This document shows positions 1 through 12,577 of a DNA stretch of 64,000 bases, in pieces. The stretch's first letter is position 1. Each line of letters starts with the position of its first letter. Both the position numbers and the translations under genes were made by a program. The stretch comes from Octopus sinensis (Eukaryota): assembly GCF_006345805.1 (NCBI RefSeq), contig NC_043017.1, positions 20,336,001 through 20,400,000 of the forward strand, read 5' to 3'. The notes beneath the pieces are model-generated. The model was not told the origin of the DNA, did no database searches, and worked only from the letters and a program-made list of their open reading frames with translations.

Positions 1-600
1 GTATGCATATATGTATATGTATATACATACATTTATATACATACTCACACACACACACAAATATATATATATATACACATATTTACTTACAACAATATAT
101 ATATATGTACACACATATATGGGTATACATGTACATACACACACATATATGTACCAGTGAGCATGTATGGAGATATATATATATATATATATGCATACAT
201 ACATACATACATACATATATACATATATATACACACACATACAAGCAAGCATGTCTGAATAAATATGAATGGATGTAGGCATGTAGATAGACTGATAGAA
301 AGACAGACAGACAGAGACAGACAGATAGATAGATAGATAGATAGACAGATAGATATATATGTAGATAGACAATTATGTGTGTCTGTGTGTATTTTTGAAC
401 AAGGCATAACATGATTGAATCTATGTTTTGACTTATGTATGTGCATATGCATGTATGTGTTCGCATATGCAATGCAATGCATGCGCATTTCACATAAATA
501 CTGTAGGCAAAACTCCTGGATTGTATTTAAGCATGTATGCCTGAATGTATGCACACATGCACACACTCCACACCAATGGATGCTGCTGCACATAATTCCA
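1..600. repeat. Compound (TA)n/(CA)n, (GACA)n/(GATA)n and TG-rich simple repeats
   Basis: Direct reading; the ORFs here (HIYI/VCVY peptides) are microsatellite translations. Confidence 0.95.
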
Positions 601-719
601 TGCATGGACATTTTCTGTGCACCGCCACAGAGCAGCAAAGCTCCAAAGCACCAACTGCATTCTTCAAATCCAGTTATTTGAACTAGTTGGATGAGGCGGG
701 ATAAGGAGCAGTGTGAACA

Positions 720-734
720 ACAACAACAACGATG

Positions 735-765
<31 letters not shown>

Positions 766-1140
766 CAAGAGAAGTAGAGTAGGATGTGGTGGTGGTGGTG
801 GTCGTCGTCGTTGTACAGTGTGTCTTGTGTTCTTCCCTTTGCAGATAAAAATATAATTTGACTCTGGTGCTTCGAAAACAGATCAAAGACTTTGAAGATG
901 GACCTAGAAATTTTTCTTGGAAACCTCAAATGACGCTTACAAAGAGAATAATAATAATAATAATAATAATGATAATAATGATGATGATGATGATGATGGT
1001 GGTGGTGATAATGATGATGATGAGGAGGGTACTGATGAAGACAGCAATGATGATAATGATGATGATGATAATGATGACGATGATGATGATGGTGAGTGAA
1101 ACTGACAGTGATGATGGTGATGATGATGATGATGATAATT
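720..1140. repeat. (GAT)n/(AAT)n/(GGT)n trinucleotide tracts around a short unique segment (~815-945)
   Basis: Direct reading of trinucleotide runs. Confidence 0.95.
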
Positions 1141-1427
1141 TAGTTTATTTGTCACCAGGACAACTGATAAAGAGGACATTACAGAGACAGGTTTCAAAAA
1201 AGGATGACAGTTTACGCAGCAACTGGATGAGGAAAATGAGAATAAAAAGAATGAAATAGAAAAAGAAAAAAACATCTACAGCACGCAAGATATATGATGT
1301 AGTTCTCAGAGAAAAGAATTTGATTTGGGGTCAATGAAAGAACCCTACTAAACCCAACATCAAACCCTGCAAGTGCCCTATATCATCTCTCCATGTCTCT
1401 CCTCTCACCAACTTTTCTTTGCTGATA

Positions 1428-1665
1428 TGGAAGGTTTCTGTCTTCAGCTCTTTCAATCATATCCACACAATCACAACCTCTTTTGTGCAAGCCTCTAAGC
1501 ACAATAAAATTGCCCACCAAAGAGAGTATCTCCGTCTTTACTCTCATCAATGTTTCCAAGCAGGCTTCACAGAAATGGAGTGTTTCTTGTCTTCAGACCT
1601 TTCAATTTTGTCCACACACTCAAAACCTCTTATTTATCAACCACTAAGCACAATAAAACAGCCTG
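1428..1665. repeat. Degenerate ~149-bp direct tandem duplication
   Basis: tgtcttcag..ctttcaat at 1439 and 1588; ctaagcacaataaaa at 1495 and 1644 (both offsets 149). Confidence 0.75.
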
Positions 1666-1999
1666 CAATTTCAGGCTGACAGAAGGAAATCCACTTGATA
1701 CTGAGTAGTTCTGTTTGACTTCTCCTGTGTGCAAATGCTAAACAATCCCACCATGCATCTCACATGCAATTCCAGTCCCCAGTGAGTACTAAAGAGCAGA
1801 GTATTCCTGAGAAAGCTTCTAGATGCCTGAAGAAATATAAGCTGCTCCAATCAGGGAACTTCCTTTGCTACCATTCACATTGAGCACAACCAAATTATCA
1901 TCATTATCATCCGAGTACCAAGAGCTCATAATTCAGGAGCCAGCCTTTTATCCTCAACATTACCATTCCAAGTAACTTGTCTTGCAAGATACTCGGGAA

Positions 2000-2285
2000 C
2001 CCTGGCAGTGCTGGTGCCATATAAAAACCATTCAGTCCATACTGCAAAGTGGTTGGCACTTGGAAGGGCATCCTGTTGTAAAAACCATGTCAAAACTGAC
2101 CTTGTCTGTGCTGGTGCCACGCAAAAAGTACTCAGCCCACTCTATGGAATGGTTGGTGTTAGGAAGGGCATCCAGCCAAAACAGACACAGAAGTATGATG
2201 CAGTCTTCTGTCTGTCCAGCTCCTATCAAACCATCCAACCCATGCCAGCATGGAAGGAGGGCATTAAACAATGATGAACCATGAT
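2000..2285 (+). mobile_element. RTE-tail SINE-like element (family C), decayed
   Basis: ggttggtgttaggaagggcatccagc ... aaccatccaacccatgccagcatggaa ... aatgatga 3' tail shared with the 28.1 kb, 28.7 kb and 62.4 kb copies. Confidence 0.8.
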
Positions 2286-2422
2286 GATACCACTCTGCCA
2301 ACTGATTCTGACTAGCCACAAGCAAGATGAGTACACCCCATAGTTCTCGAGAACAAATGCAAATGCATGTAGCTCAGATATCCTGGTCTCACTGATTGCT
2401 ATCAAACCCCCATCATCTAGGC

Positions 2423-2679
2423 CAAGGTTTCTCAACTATTTCTTGTCTATGGACCCCTGTGATTTCTCTTTTATTTAGATGAACTCAATAACCATTTGAA
2501 GTTTTATAAAAACCCTATTATATTTTTATAATCAAATATTCTTAGGAATTATATACAAAAAAAAATTGTTAAACTGTTTTGTGTATTGTAGAAGTATAAA
2601 CAATTTATTATACAAATTTTAACTGCAAAACCTTGCATGGACCTCCAAGGGTCATCTGGACCTCAGTTGAGAACCAGTG
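2423..2679. mobile_element. hAT (Charlie-like) MITE, old
   Basis: Imperfect TIRs caaggtttctcaact / agttgagaaccagtg; degenerate 8-bp flanks atctaggc / atctcagc (6/8). Confidence 0.65.
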
Positions 2680-2769
2680 ATCTCAGCACCTGTCGAGATA
2701 CCACTGCCTTATAAAAAGAAAGAGTAGAATGATGATGATGATGATGATGATAAAAGTTAAGATGCTCAG

Positions 2770-3640
2770 ATCAAGGCTAACCAAGAGGTAAACAAGAACA
2801 AGAACAAAAAGAGTTGAAATATAGTTGGTGGGGTGTTGGGTGTAGTTAGTGGGGTGTTGGGTGGTAATCCAATAGCTTTACTGTTTTGACCATTATGTGA
2901 AAAAGCAATTAAGTTAGATTGCAAAGAAGAGTGATTAGCACAGACAGAGGGAGAGGTTGGGTGAGGGTGAGCGAGAGAGTGAAAGTGAGAAAGATGGGTA
3001 GGAGGTAGGGAGGGAGAAGGAAAAGGAAAAAGAGACAGGGAGAGAGAGGAAGCGAGAGAGATAGCAAGAGAGGGAGAGAGTAGGAGAGGGAAAAAAGAGG
3101 GAGACAGAGAGAGGAGAGAGAAATAGGAAGAGAGAGAGAAATGGGCAGAGAAGGAGGGAGAGAAGTGAATAGAGAGGGAGACAGACGAAAAAGTATAGAG
3201 GGAGGGAGAGAGTAGGAGAGGGAGGGAGAGAACAGGAGAAGGAAAAGAGAGGGAGATAGAGAGAAGGGGAGAGAGACAGGGAGAGATAGAAAGAGAGGGA
3301 GAGAGACGAAAGAGTAAAGAGAGAGGGAGAGAGAAAAGAGGAGAGAGAGGAATAGAGAGTAAAGCGGGAGGGATAGAGAGGAAGGTAGAGACAAAAAGAG
3401 AAAGATGGGAGAGAGAAGAGTAGAGAGGGTGAGAGAGAGAGAGGGACAGAGAAAGAGAGAAAAAGAGAGCTAGGAAAGAGAGGGCAAAAGAGTGAGGGAG
3501 AAGAACAAGGGTGTAAAGAGGGTGGACGGATGGAAAGAGAGAGGTAGAGAGAAAAAGAGAGATGGAAGAGACAGAAGGAGATTTAAGAGTCTGAAGATGA
3601 AGAAGAAAAAGCACCAAAGAAGGGGGTGGGTTGCATTTGA
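2770..3640. repeat. GA-rich polypurine low-complexity tract
   Basis: Direct reading; source of the 283-aa L/S/F/P ORF. Confidence 0.95.
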
Positions 3641-4247
3641 ATGGTTGGACAATGTTGGATTGTCGAGTGAAAGTCTTGACACTTTATTGAACTAATAAAC
3701 TATTAGCTTTGACACAATGATGGCTACAGTTGGTTCCTCTTGCCCAAAGCTGTTTATTTAACACTGCCAGACTTGGTCTGATAAAAGCAGTTTAGTTCAT
3801 TCGTAGTCATGAAATCAGTGGCTGGTTATCGGTGATTATAATAAGAGAAGTGATGAAATGAGTTCCGGTAGGAGGGGTGGGTGAGTGTGGCAGAAGGAAT
3901 TAAAATTAGATTGGAGATTCAGTTGGTGGAGATTTGAAACAGTGCACACGGTGACACTTGATTAGGTAGAGGGAGTATGCATGATTTGCAAAATATAGCA
4001 GCTAAATCACCCTCAGATCACACCGTGTTGTCATATAAGAAAAAAACAAAGGAAAAAGAAAGATGTGTTGGATAATGGGATCTCGAAGATGTATGGCTTA
4101 GCCAAAAGTAAACAACATAAAAACTAAGACGGGTTGGTCATATCTGGAAAGCTTTTGATTATAAATTTGCTCAAGGTTGATCTGGACTAAAATAACATGT
4201 AAAATCAGCTCAATCTCTCTCTAAATACACCCTACTACTTTTTTCAC

Positions 4248-4595
4248 AGAAAGAGCACATTTGATAATGTAGTCCAAGGTACACTGTGACTACAAAACAC
4301 ACAGGAGAGTCATGGCTGGAATGCCTTTGATTACAGGGTTAGCGTTTACATACAACTATTTTTTTTTTAAAGAAAGAACACATTTGACACTGTAGTCCAA
4401 GGTACACTGTGACTACAAAACACACAGGAGAGTCATGGCTGGAATGCCTTTGATTACAGGGTTAGGGTTTGCATACAACTATCTTTTTTTAAAGAAAGAA
4501 CACATTTGACACTGTAGTCCAAGGTACACTGTGACTACAAAACACACAGGAGAGTCATGGCTGGAATGCCTTTGATTACAGGGCTAGAGTTTGCT
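4248..4595. repeat. Tandem repeat, 122-123-bp unit, ~2.9 near-identical copies
   Basis: agaaagarcacatttga at 4248, 4371 and 4493; shared core gtagtccaaggtacactgtgactacaaaacacacaggagagtcatggctggaatgcctttgattacaggg. Confidence 0.95.
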
Positions 4596-5167
4596 CAATG
4601 AGTACTTCACAGCAACATGAAATAGCAACCATAACTCTCACTTTAAGTGTGCCTAACCATAGCTTGTCCAAATATTAAAAAAAAACCCAAAAAATCAAGA
4701 TGTACTGTGACCAGGTAAAAAAATTATAATAAATAAACAGGAGAGCCATGGCTGGGCACTCTTTGAAAAATGCGCTGTGTGCAGAGATTGATTTCTTTTC
4801 TGAAAGAGAGCAGGTAATTTAATTGTTTAGACTTCATGGTGGCCATGCCACAGCAATGGTGTGCGTCCCCTATATCATGCTTATATGGCAAACCCAGAAG
4901 GGCTTCTCTCATAAAAGCATTACCCAAGAAGGACAGCATTCTCCTATGCACCCCACCCTACATTCACTCTGGCTACACAACTGTATGTTTTATCCGCTAT
5001 TTGTTTTAATCATTTGACTGTGGCCATACTGGGGCATTGCCTGGAAGAATTTTTAGCTGAATGAATCAACCCCAGGACTTCTTTATTTTGTAAACACCAC
5101 CTATTGCACCCAGTCTCAACAAGCTTACAAAACTTATGGACACTACATCCTTCTCCATACACTGAAA

Positions 5168-5410
5168 TTCATCATCATCATCATCATTATCATTGTCGTC
5201 ATCATCATCATCATCATCATCATCGTCATCATCATCATCGTCATCATCATCATCGTCATCATCATCATCGTCATCATTGTCATCATCATCATCATCATCT
5301 TCATTGTCATTGTCCTCATTGTCATCATCATCATCATCGTCATTGAAATCAACCACCTTCATCATCATCATCATCATCAAAATCATTGTATTCATCATCA
5401 TCGTCATCAT
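5168..5410. repeat. (CAT)n microsatellite
   Basis: Direct reading. Confidence 0.97.
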
Positions 5411-5417
5411 AACTTAA

Positions 5418-5638
5418 CCCTTTCATTACCAACCCGGCTGAAACCGGCTCTGGCTCTGTGGTACAAATGTCTTGTTTTCATAAGTTTTGAATTAAAATCT
5501 TCCACTAAACCTTAGTCACAATTTATGTTCCTAACACTAGTTTAATGATAACTAAGTTATTTTACTAAATTCCTTGTTATATTTAAAGTAATTGAAAGAA
5601 ACACAGAGTATCTGAATATAAATACAGTAACGAAAGGG
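5418..5638. mobile_element. piggyBac-type MITE
   Basis: TTAA at 5414-5417 and 5639-5642; TIRs ccctttcattac / gtaacgaaaggg (1 mismatch). Confidence 0.9.
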
Positions 5639-6199
5639 TTAATGTCCACTCTCCAAGATGGTATGGGTTGTATAGTTTTAACAGGAACCAGCAAGCCAGA
5701 GGACTGCACCAAGCTTGGTTTCTACGGCTGGCCACTCTTCCTAATGCCAACCACTTCATAAAACAGAGTATGCCAGGGTGCTTTTTATGCCTCTCTGGCA
5801 CCAGTGAGGTCACCAAGCAATTATCAAAAGGAAAAAAAAGAGAACAAAACAAAAAAAAAAAAGAGTAAGTTTTTAGAAAACTTTATCAGAGAACCAGATA
5901 TATTCTTAGACATTTTGGCAGCAAAAGGGTTGTCTTGGAAAGCTGTCTGTTTAGCCGAGAGTGTTCAGTCTTGTACTAACTTGACTATTGAGAAAAAGGT
6001 ATTTTGCAGCATTAATATGTGCCATCGATCAGCCGAGGAATAATAAAAATATGTTCTAGACTTACATAGTGAAACACATAAATGTAGTGAATATGGTTTT
6101 GGTGCTGTTGTTGTTGTTGTCAAAGACTGGCTGAGAAAGGAAGCACTTACCTGTAAAAGAGAGAAAAAGGAAAGAATTGAATAGCAATTGAAAGAAGTT

Positions 6200-6555
6200 T
6201 ATTTGCGAAAATCAAATTGCACATTCTTAGAATCACGTGTGTGTGTGTGTGTTTTTATATATGTGTATATATATGTATATATGTGTGTGTGTGTGTGAGT
6301 GTGTATTGTATATTTATGTGCCTGTATGTTATGTGTATATATGTATATATGTGTGTATATATGTATATATATATATATGCAAATATGTATGTATATATGT
6401 ATGTATATATGTATGTGTATATATATGTGTGTGAGTATGCGTGTGCATTTGTGTGTGTATGTATGTGTATATATGTGCACATATATATGTGTGTATATAT
6501 GCAAACATATATCTATATGTGTATATATATGTATCTGTGTATTTGTGCGTATATA

Positions 6556-6606
<51 letters not shown>

Positions 6607-7020
6607 ATTTAAATATATGTGTATTGTATATTTATGTGCGTATATGTCTATGTATGTATGTATGTATATATGTGTATATATGCAAATATGTATGTATATA
6701 TGTATGTATATATATGTATATGTATATGTCTGTGTGTGTGTATTTATTTGCGCATGTATGTGTGTGTGTCTTTGTGTTTTTATATATGTGTCTATACATG
6801 TGTATATATGTATATATATATATGTATTGTATATTTATATGCGTGTATGTGTATACATGTATATATATGTGTGTATATATGCCTATATATGCAAATATGT
6901 ATGTATATATGTATGTCTATATGTGTGCATGTACGTATTTGTGTGAGCCTTTGTATATATATGCATGTCTATGTGTGTGCATGTATATATGTGTGTGTGT
7001 GTGTGCGTTTGTATGTGTCT
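6200..7020. repeat. Compound (TA)/(TG)/(TATG) tract with internal higher-order duplication
   Basis: tattgtatatttat followed by atatgcaaatatgtatg recurs at ~6304, ~6622 and ~6825. Confidence 0.9.
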
Positions 7021-7272
7021 GAATCAATCAACAGTAACATAGTTTGGTATTACAAATAATAAAAATAATACTCTATGTATTTCTTGCTGGAATTTTTTTT
7101 TTTTTATTATTTATGAAACATAATAAAGATACGAATCATTCATAAAACACTTCCTCTTACCAAAATAACAATAACAACAATAATAATAAAAGTAATAATG
7201 TTTTCAAATTCTGGCGGAGAACCAGCAGTTTTTGAGGGGAGGGGGAAGTCAGTTACATCGACCTCAGTTGTT

Positions 7273-7503
7273 GGCGAGCTGGCAGAAACGTTAGCACGCT
7301 GGGCAAAATGCTTAGTGGTATTTCGTCTGCCATTACGTTCTGAGTTCAAATTCCACCGAGGTCGACTTTGCCTTTCATCCTTTCGGGGTCGATAAATTAA
7401 GTACCAGTTACGTACTGGGGTCGATGTAATCGACTTAGTCCGCTTGTCTGTCCCGGTTTGTCCCCTCTATGTTTAGCCCCTTGTGGGTAGTAAAGAAATA
7501 GGT
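7273..7503 (+). mobile_element. tRNA-derived SINE family A, young full-length copy nested in an older antisense family-A copy (~7200-7570)
   Basis: ggcgagctggcagaaacgttagc (A-box-like), gagttcaaattcc (B-box-like), central gcctttcatcctttcggggtcgataaattaagtaccag (resembles the Meta-domain of MetaSINEs; from memory, unverified). Confidence 0.9.
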
Positions 7504-7627
7504 ACTTATTTTATTGACTCTGGAAGTATGGAAGGTAAGTTGACCTCGGAGGCATTTGAGTGTAAAACGGGAAGAAGCAGAAGAAATGCCACTAACAACA
7601 ACAATGATAATAATAATAATAATAATG

Positions 7628-7658
<31 letters not shown>

Positions 7659-8076
7659 TGATGATGATGATGATGATGATTTCAAATTTTTGCCACGAGG
7701 GAAGCATGGGTTAGGGGATTCAGTCAATTACATTGACCCACAGTGCGTAACTGGTACTTATTTAATTGACCCCTGAAAGAATGAAAGGCAAAGACGACAT
7801 ATATTGAATTCTGAAATTTCTTTCAGAAGCCACCCAAACCATTTCAGTTTAATTTAATCATCAAACAAAAAAAGTCAATATATTTTTGCAATTCAGTAAA
7901 AAAAAAAAAAGTAAAAAATAAAAGAAAATAAAAGAAAAGAGAGCAGAAAAGAAAGAGAGAGAGACTTGTGTCCCCTGCTACCAGTGTCCTTGTAACATTT
8001 GTCATTTTATTTGCAACATCGTATCTGTGATTGATCTTAAATCTCTCTTACAGATATCACTGACCGTTTCACTTAC

Positions 8077-8312
8077 GCCTCTAGTAATTCTATAACATAA
8101 AATACCATCTTTACGATACTTTGGAGAGAGTTGAAACAAGATGTCGTTTTAAAGGTCGACTCGGTGAGCGCTTGTTTGTTGTATGTTGCACTAATCTCAA
8201 CCCGGGCCTCGTGAACCTTTTGCACGCTCGTTTCAACTCCATGCGTCACTTCTACAACCACTGGCAGGTTTTCTCTCTGTAGTTTGTTCAAGCCTCCTAG
8301 TTCTTCTTTCAT
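8077..8312 (-). CDS. Candidate first (or 5'UTR) exon, product unknown
   Basis: ATG at 8312, frame open (MKEELGGLNKLQRENLPVVVEVTHG...IELLE) right up to a GC|GTAAGT donor at 8076; locally CpG-rich; no recognisable homology. Confidence 0.25.
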
Positions 8313-8894
8313 CAAACTTCTTCACAAACAGAGCTATTTTTCTTCTTCTAAGCTCATTCTCTCCCTTCAGACTGATATTTTCCCTTCCTTTCATGCATAA
8401 GGTCTCTCTCTCTCTCTCTCTCGCTCTCTCACATACACACACCTCTCTTGACCATCCGTTTACACTTCCAAACAAACTATAAAGCCTACTCAGGTTGACC
8501 AACATAGACACTAACTTTGTAACTGCTTACACTTACTTTCGTACCTGAATAACATTTCTACCCACAATTCATTTCTCTCCTCTACTTTAAAGCCATATAC
8601 TCACCTACCCATTTCCTTCACCCATCATAACCATAACACTTTCATAACAACACATACTTTTCTACCTTTTTACTACCTCTCCTCTCTACATTGACAAAGA
8701 GCCTACGTCCAAAACATTAACATTTCTTTCCTTCTCCGTGTGGCAAACTATGCTGTCTTTTCATTAAGTTTTATCCCATAGGTGGTATCCTATGATTAAA
8801 AAGAAGCTTAATCACTATTTCTAGCAATCTGAGTGATCACATAGAGTCTTCTTCCACAACTCATATCAATTTTATTTGTAGCTGTTGTTGATAT

Positions 8895-9070
8895 TTGACC
8901 CCAGGTCAGCTCTGATCATTCTGAGCAAACCTATGACTATAATCAAAGGCAATCCAGCTATGACCATGCCCTCTTTAGCCAGAAATATTCTACTCCATAC
9001 AACATTATCTAAAGTATCTTTTTTCTGAAAAGACAGGGTGTATTTGAAAGAAATTTGACAGCCATAACTA
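8895..9070 (-). repeat. Dispersed repeat (family F) related to the unit of the 4.25-kb tandem array
   Basis: Reverse complement contains ggtcatagctggattgcctttgattatag, matching agtcatggctggaatgcctttgattacag in the array; further decayed pieces at ~4130 and ~4740. Confidence 0.6.
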
Positions 9071-9455
9071 GAAAGTTGCAAGACCACATACAAGCGTCTT
9101 TTGTCAGCTCAGATCTTTCATGGTAGAATAGAGACACTGGAAAATTGGAAAGGGACTTCTGCTTCCTTCAGTTCCTGTCTGTTTAAGATATCAACTACAG
9201 GGGCTTCCAGCAAACAGGCGCCACCTGTTTTAGGCATTAAATAGCTGGAGAATATCTACCATGCATCAGTTACGGCCAATTGGTATTTATAAATAAACAG
9301 ATAAAGATTGGTGTTGTTATGGTCATGTAGTTAAGAAGCCTGCTTGCTAACCATGTCAGATTGGGTTCAGTCCCACTGTCTGTCTTCTATTATAGCCCTG
9401 AGAGTGGATTTGGTTGACAAAAACTGAACAAAGTGTGTTGTGGTATGTGTGCATA

Positions 9456-9658
9456 CGAGGGAGTGCTGAGAAGTTCCTGGTTTCAAGGATATCACGAAAG
9501 GCCTAGCTGGGGGCCCAACATCCTGGGTTCTTTTATAGGGCTTAGAAGAAACTGAAGGACCACTGTGATAAGTGTGTGAATCTGTGAGGGAGGGGAATAT
9601 GTTGAATGACCCTCTTGTATTTTCTTTTATCCAAAGCCAGGAACTTTTCAGAACATCC
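9456..9658. mobile_element. Tc1/mariner-type MITE
   Basis: TA flanks at 9454-55 and 9659-60; TIR cgagggagtgctgagaagttcctgg vs ccaggaacttttcagaacatcc. Confidence 0.75.
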
Positions 9659-9661
9659 TAA

Positions 9662-9689
<28 letters not shown>

Positions 9690-9692
<3 letters not shown>

Positions 9693-9884
9693 CTTTTATC
9701 TTTTTATTTGTTTCAGTCATTTGACTGTGGCCATGCTGTAGCACTGCCTTTAGTTCAGCAATTGACCCCAGGACTTATTCTTTGTAAGCCTAGTACTTAT
9801 TAGGGGACGTAAACACACCAACATCAGTTGTCAAGCAATGGTGATGGGGACTAATACAGACACATGAACATATACATATGTATA

Positions 9885-9925
<41 letters not shown>

Positions 9926-10010
9926 GATGGACTTCTTTCAGTTTCCGTCTACCAAATCCACTCACAAAGCTTTGATTAGCCTGAGGCTATAGTAGAAGAC
10001 ACTTGCCCAA
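9690..10010 (-). mobile_element. tRNA/CORE-like SINE family B (with internal TA microsatellite), partial
   Basis: Reverse complement of ttgggcaagtgtcttctactatagcc...ggatttggtagacggaaactgaaagaag...gcttgacaac...catggccacagtcaaatgactgaaac. Confidence 0.85.
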
Positions 10011-10164
10011 CTGGTACTTATTTTATCAACCCCAAAAGGAGGAAAGGTAAAGTTGACCCCGGCGGAATTTGAACTCAGAACATAAAGACAGACGAAATAC
10101 CACTAAGCATTTTGCCTGGCATGCTAACATTTCTGCCAGCTCGCCACCTAAGAATAACAACAAC

Positions 10165-10224
<60 letters not shown>

Positions 10225-10355
10225 TTCTAATTTTGGCATAGAGGAAGTAATTATAGAGAGGGGTCTAATCAATTTCATTGACTCCAGTACGCAACTGGTA
10301 CACATATTATCGACCCCCAAAAAGATGAAAGGCAAAGCCAACCACAGTGGAATTT
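10010..10355 (-). mobile_element. Two family-A SINE pieces separated by (AAT)n
   Basis: gaaaggcaaag...gaatttgaactcagaac...ctgccagctcgccacc motifs; (AAT)n at 10155-10222. Confidence 0.85.
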
Positions 10356-10589
10356 AATAATAATAATAATAATAATAGTAAATATGTAAATAAAGTAAAG
10401 CATAAAGTGTTTGAGAACATGTGCAGTCTTTTATTTATGTTTTTTAAAAATTTATTTTTATGTTATTCTATTTTATTTTATTTATTTCTAAGAGTGCACA
10501 GCAAGATGCACGCTTTCATGGCAATCGATAAATGTAAACGGCGAAATGCAATAAAAGAGAGAAAGGAAAGAAGAAAGAAGAAAGAAAGA

Positions 10590-10815
10590 AAGAAAGAAAG
10601 ATGCGAAGAAAGCAGAGAGGAAGACGTTGTCATTCTTCGGCTGCGAAAAAAAAAGGCAATCCGATCGATAGTTTAAGAAGAAGGTCAACGTTACTGCGCT
10701 GTCACAGTAAACTTTCCACGTGACCGACTGACACGACAACCCCACCACCACGTGGCCGGGGGTGGGGAGTACCGCCACACCGTCGCCGCCGCCGCCATCA
10801 TTTCGAATCGATAGG
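10590..10815. promoter_or_regulatory. CpG-rich promoter-like island with two CACGTG E-boxes and a YY1-like ccgccatcat
   Basis: Dense CpG in an otherwise CpG-poor window; CACGTG at 10717-10722 and 10749-10754; G4-capable G-runs at ~10895-10955. Confidence 0.55.
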
Positions 10816-11158
10816 AACAAAGTATTAAGGAAGCATGTGTTTTGATTATGTAGAGAGATGGGGAAGAGGGCAGTGGAGACGACGGTGGTGTTTGGTGGGG
10901 GATGTGTTGAAAGGGCTGGGGGTGGTTGGGAGTGGAAGGTGGTGGAGTGGGGTGTGTGTGAGCGAAAAAAAAAATTGTATTATTGGTACCTGATACTAAT
11001 AAATGGTTTCTAAATAGTCATAATGCAGTAAGCAAAGAACTTTATCGAGCTTCCTGCATACATTCACAGATGCACAGGTGTGCATACACACACCGCACAC
11101 ACAGAGGGAAAGGGTTTCATGCATAAAGTACTGTCTGCAATGAAAATCAGTAGTCTAT

Positions 11159-11159
<1 letters not shown>

Positions 11160-11220
<61 letters not shown>

Positions 11221-11431
11221 CATATATATATATATACATATACATATATATATGTATATATATATATTCATATACACACACACACACATATATATATATA
11301 CACATTTATATATACATACATATATATATGTATATATATTCATATATGTATGTATATATATATATATATGTGTATATATTATATATATATACGCACACAC
11401 ATATAAATACATACATACAAATGGAGCCCTA

Positions 11432-11467
<36 letters not shown>

Positions 11468-11480
11468 TATATATACATTG
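11160..11480. repeat. (CA)n/(TA)n microsatellite block
   Basis: Direct reading. Confidence 0.97.
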
Positions 11481-11789
11481 TAGAGTATGCTATATATGTA
11501 TATAAGTATGTATATTCTTTCTTTTATATGTGTCAGCTTTGAGGTTGCAGCCATGCATATATACATAGGCACAGAGGTGGCTGCATGGTAAGAAGTGTGC
11601 TTCCGAAACACATGTTTCTGGGTTCAGTGCTATTACATAGCACCTTGGGAAACTTGGGCAGTCATCTGGGGTACCATGTGGTAGGGGGTGCCAAGGAAGA
11701 CAAGACAAAGACAAAGAAATTTCCACAACCGTCAGCCTGTACATGTTGAAGTTCAGTTTACCCAGATGGCAGCAACCCTAGAGCCGGTC

Positions 11790-11826
<37 letters not shown>

Positions 11827-12133
11827 AAATTATAAATAATGAGAGAAATATACTATAATAAAATTTATTTACCACTGGAAATTCTTATATCACAACAATT
11901 GTTTTGTAACTTAAAACATGCAAATATATTTGTTTCATTATATTTTATAGTAAGTAAATTACTTACATGTGTATGTTAATATAAACAATCTTTAAATTAA
12001 TGCAGATATTAAGCTAGCTCATCGGGTGAGAGAAGAAATCCATGTTAAACAATTATCCCTAGACACAACAATATCAAAAACACAAAGTCAATATTGAAAT
12101 GTAGAGTTATGGAAGACATTAATAATAAAATTA

Positions 12134-12498
12134 ACAAGAACACTCAGAGAACACAAACCTCTCTACGAAGGCAACACCAATGTCCTCTCAACGATTAGTC
12201 AGAGATGACTTTTGAAATGAGAATATCTGAAATAAACTCAAATGCTCTCACAAACGAGAATGCTAAGAATGAACCTGACTGCTCTCAAAAATTAAGTGAA
12301 AAAACTGGAAAAATTATCCAGAATCCTTGTCCAGTACCCGATCGATCCCAAAATCTACTTAGTTTGTGCCAGTCATGAGGTCAACATCCCTGAATGTTTC
12401 ATCTGAATCCATCCAGCAGTTCTTGCAATATCTTTAAAAAAATAAAAAAGTTGACTGTAAACAATACCTCCACCTTTGCTAAGGTGGAGGTCATAAAA
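12134..12498 (-). mobile_element. Non-autonomous DNA element, Helentron/HINE-like
   Basis: Terminal hairpin acctccacctttgctaaggtggaggt (also at ~26526-26552); body gaactgctggatggattcagatgaaacattcaggg resembles widespread aquatic-animal elements of this type (classification from memory). Confidence 0.5.
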
Positions 12499-12577
12499 TG
12501 AATCCATAGATTGTGACTTAAATTTATACATACATATATATAATATATATATATATATTATATATATATATATATAT

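Noticed and set aside
845-1091. Apparent exon (ttcccttt gcag ... gatg|gtgagt) with an acidic D/N-rich reading
   Set aside because: All three frames hit stops within ~20 nt of the acceptor and the acidic stretch is a GAT repeat; at most a non-coding or terminal exon
9211-9229. aaacaggcgccacctgttt 7-bp hairpin / partial CTCF-like CAGGTGGCGC
   Set aside because: Short stem and incomplete motif, expected by chance
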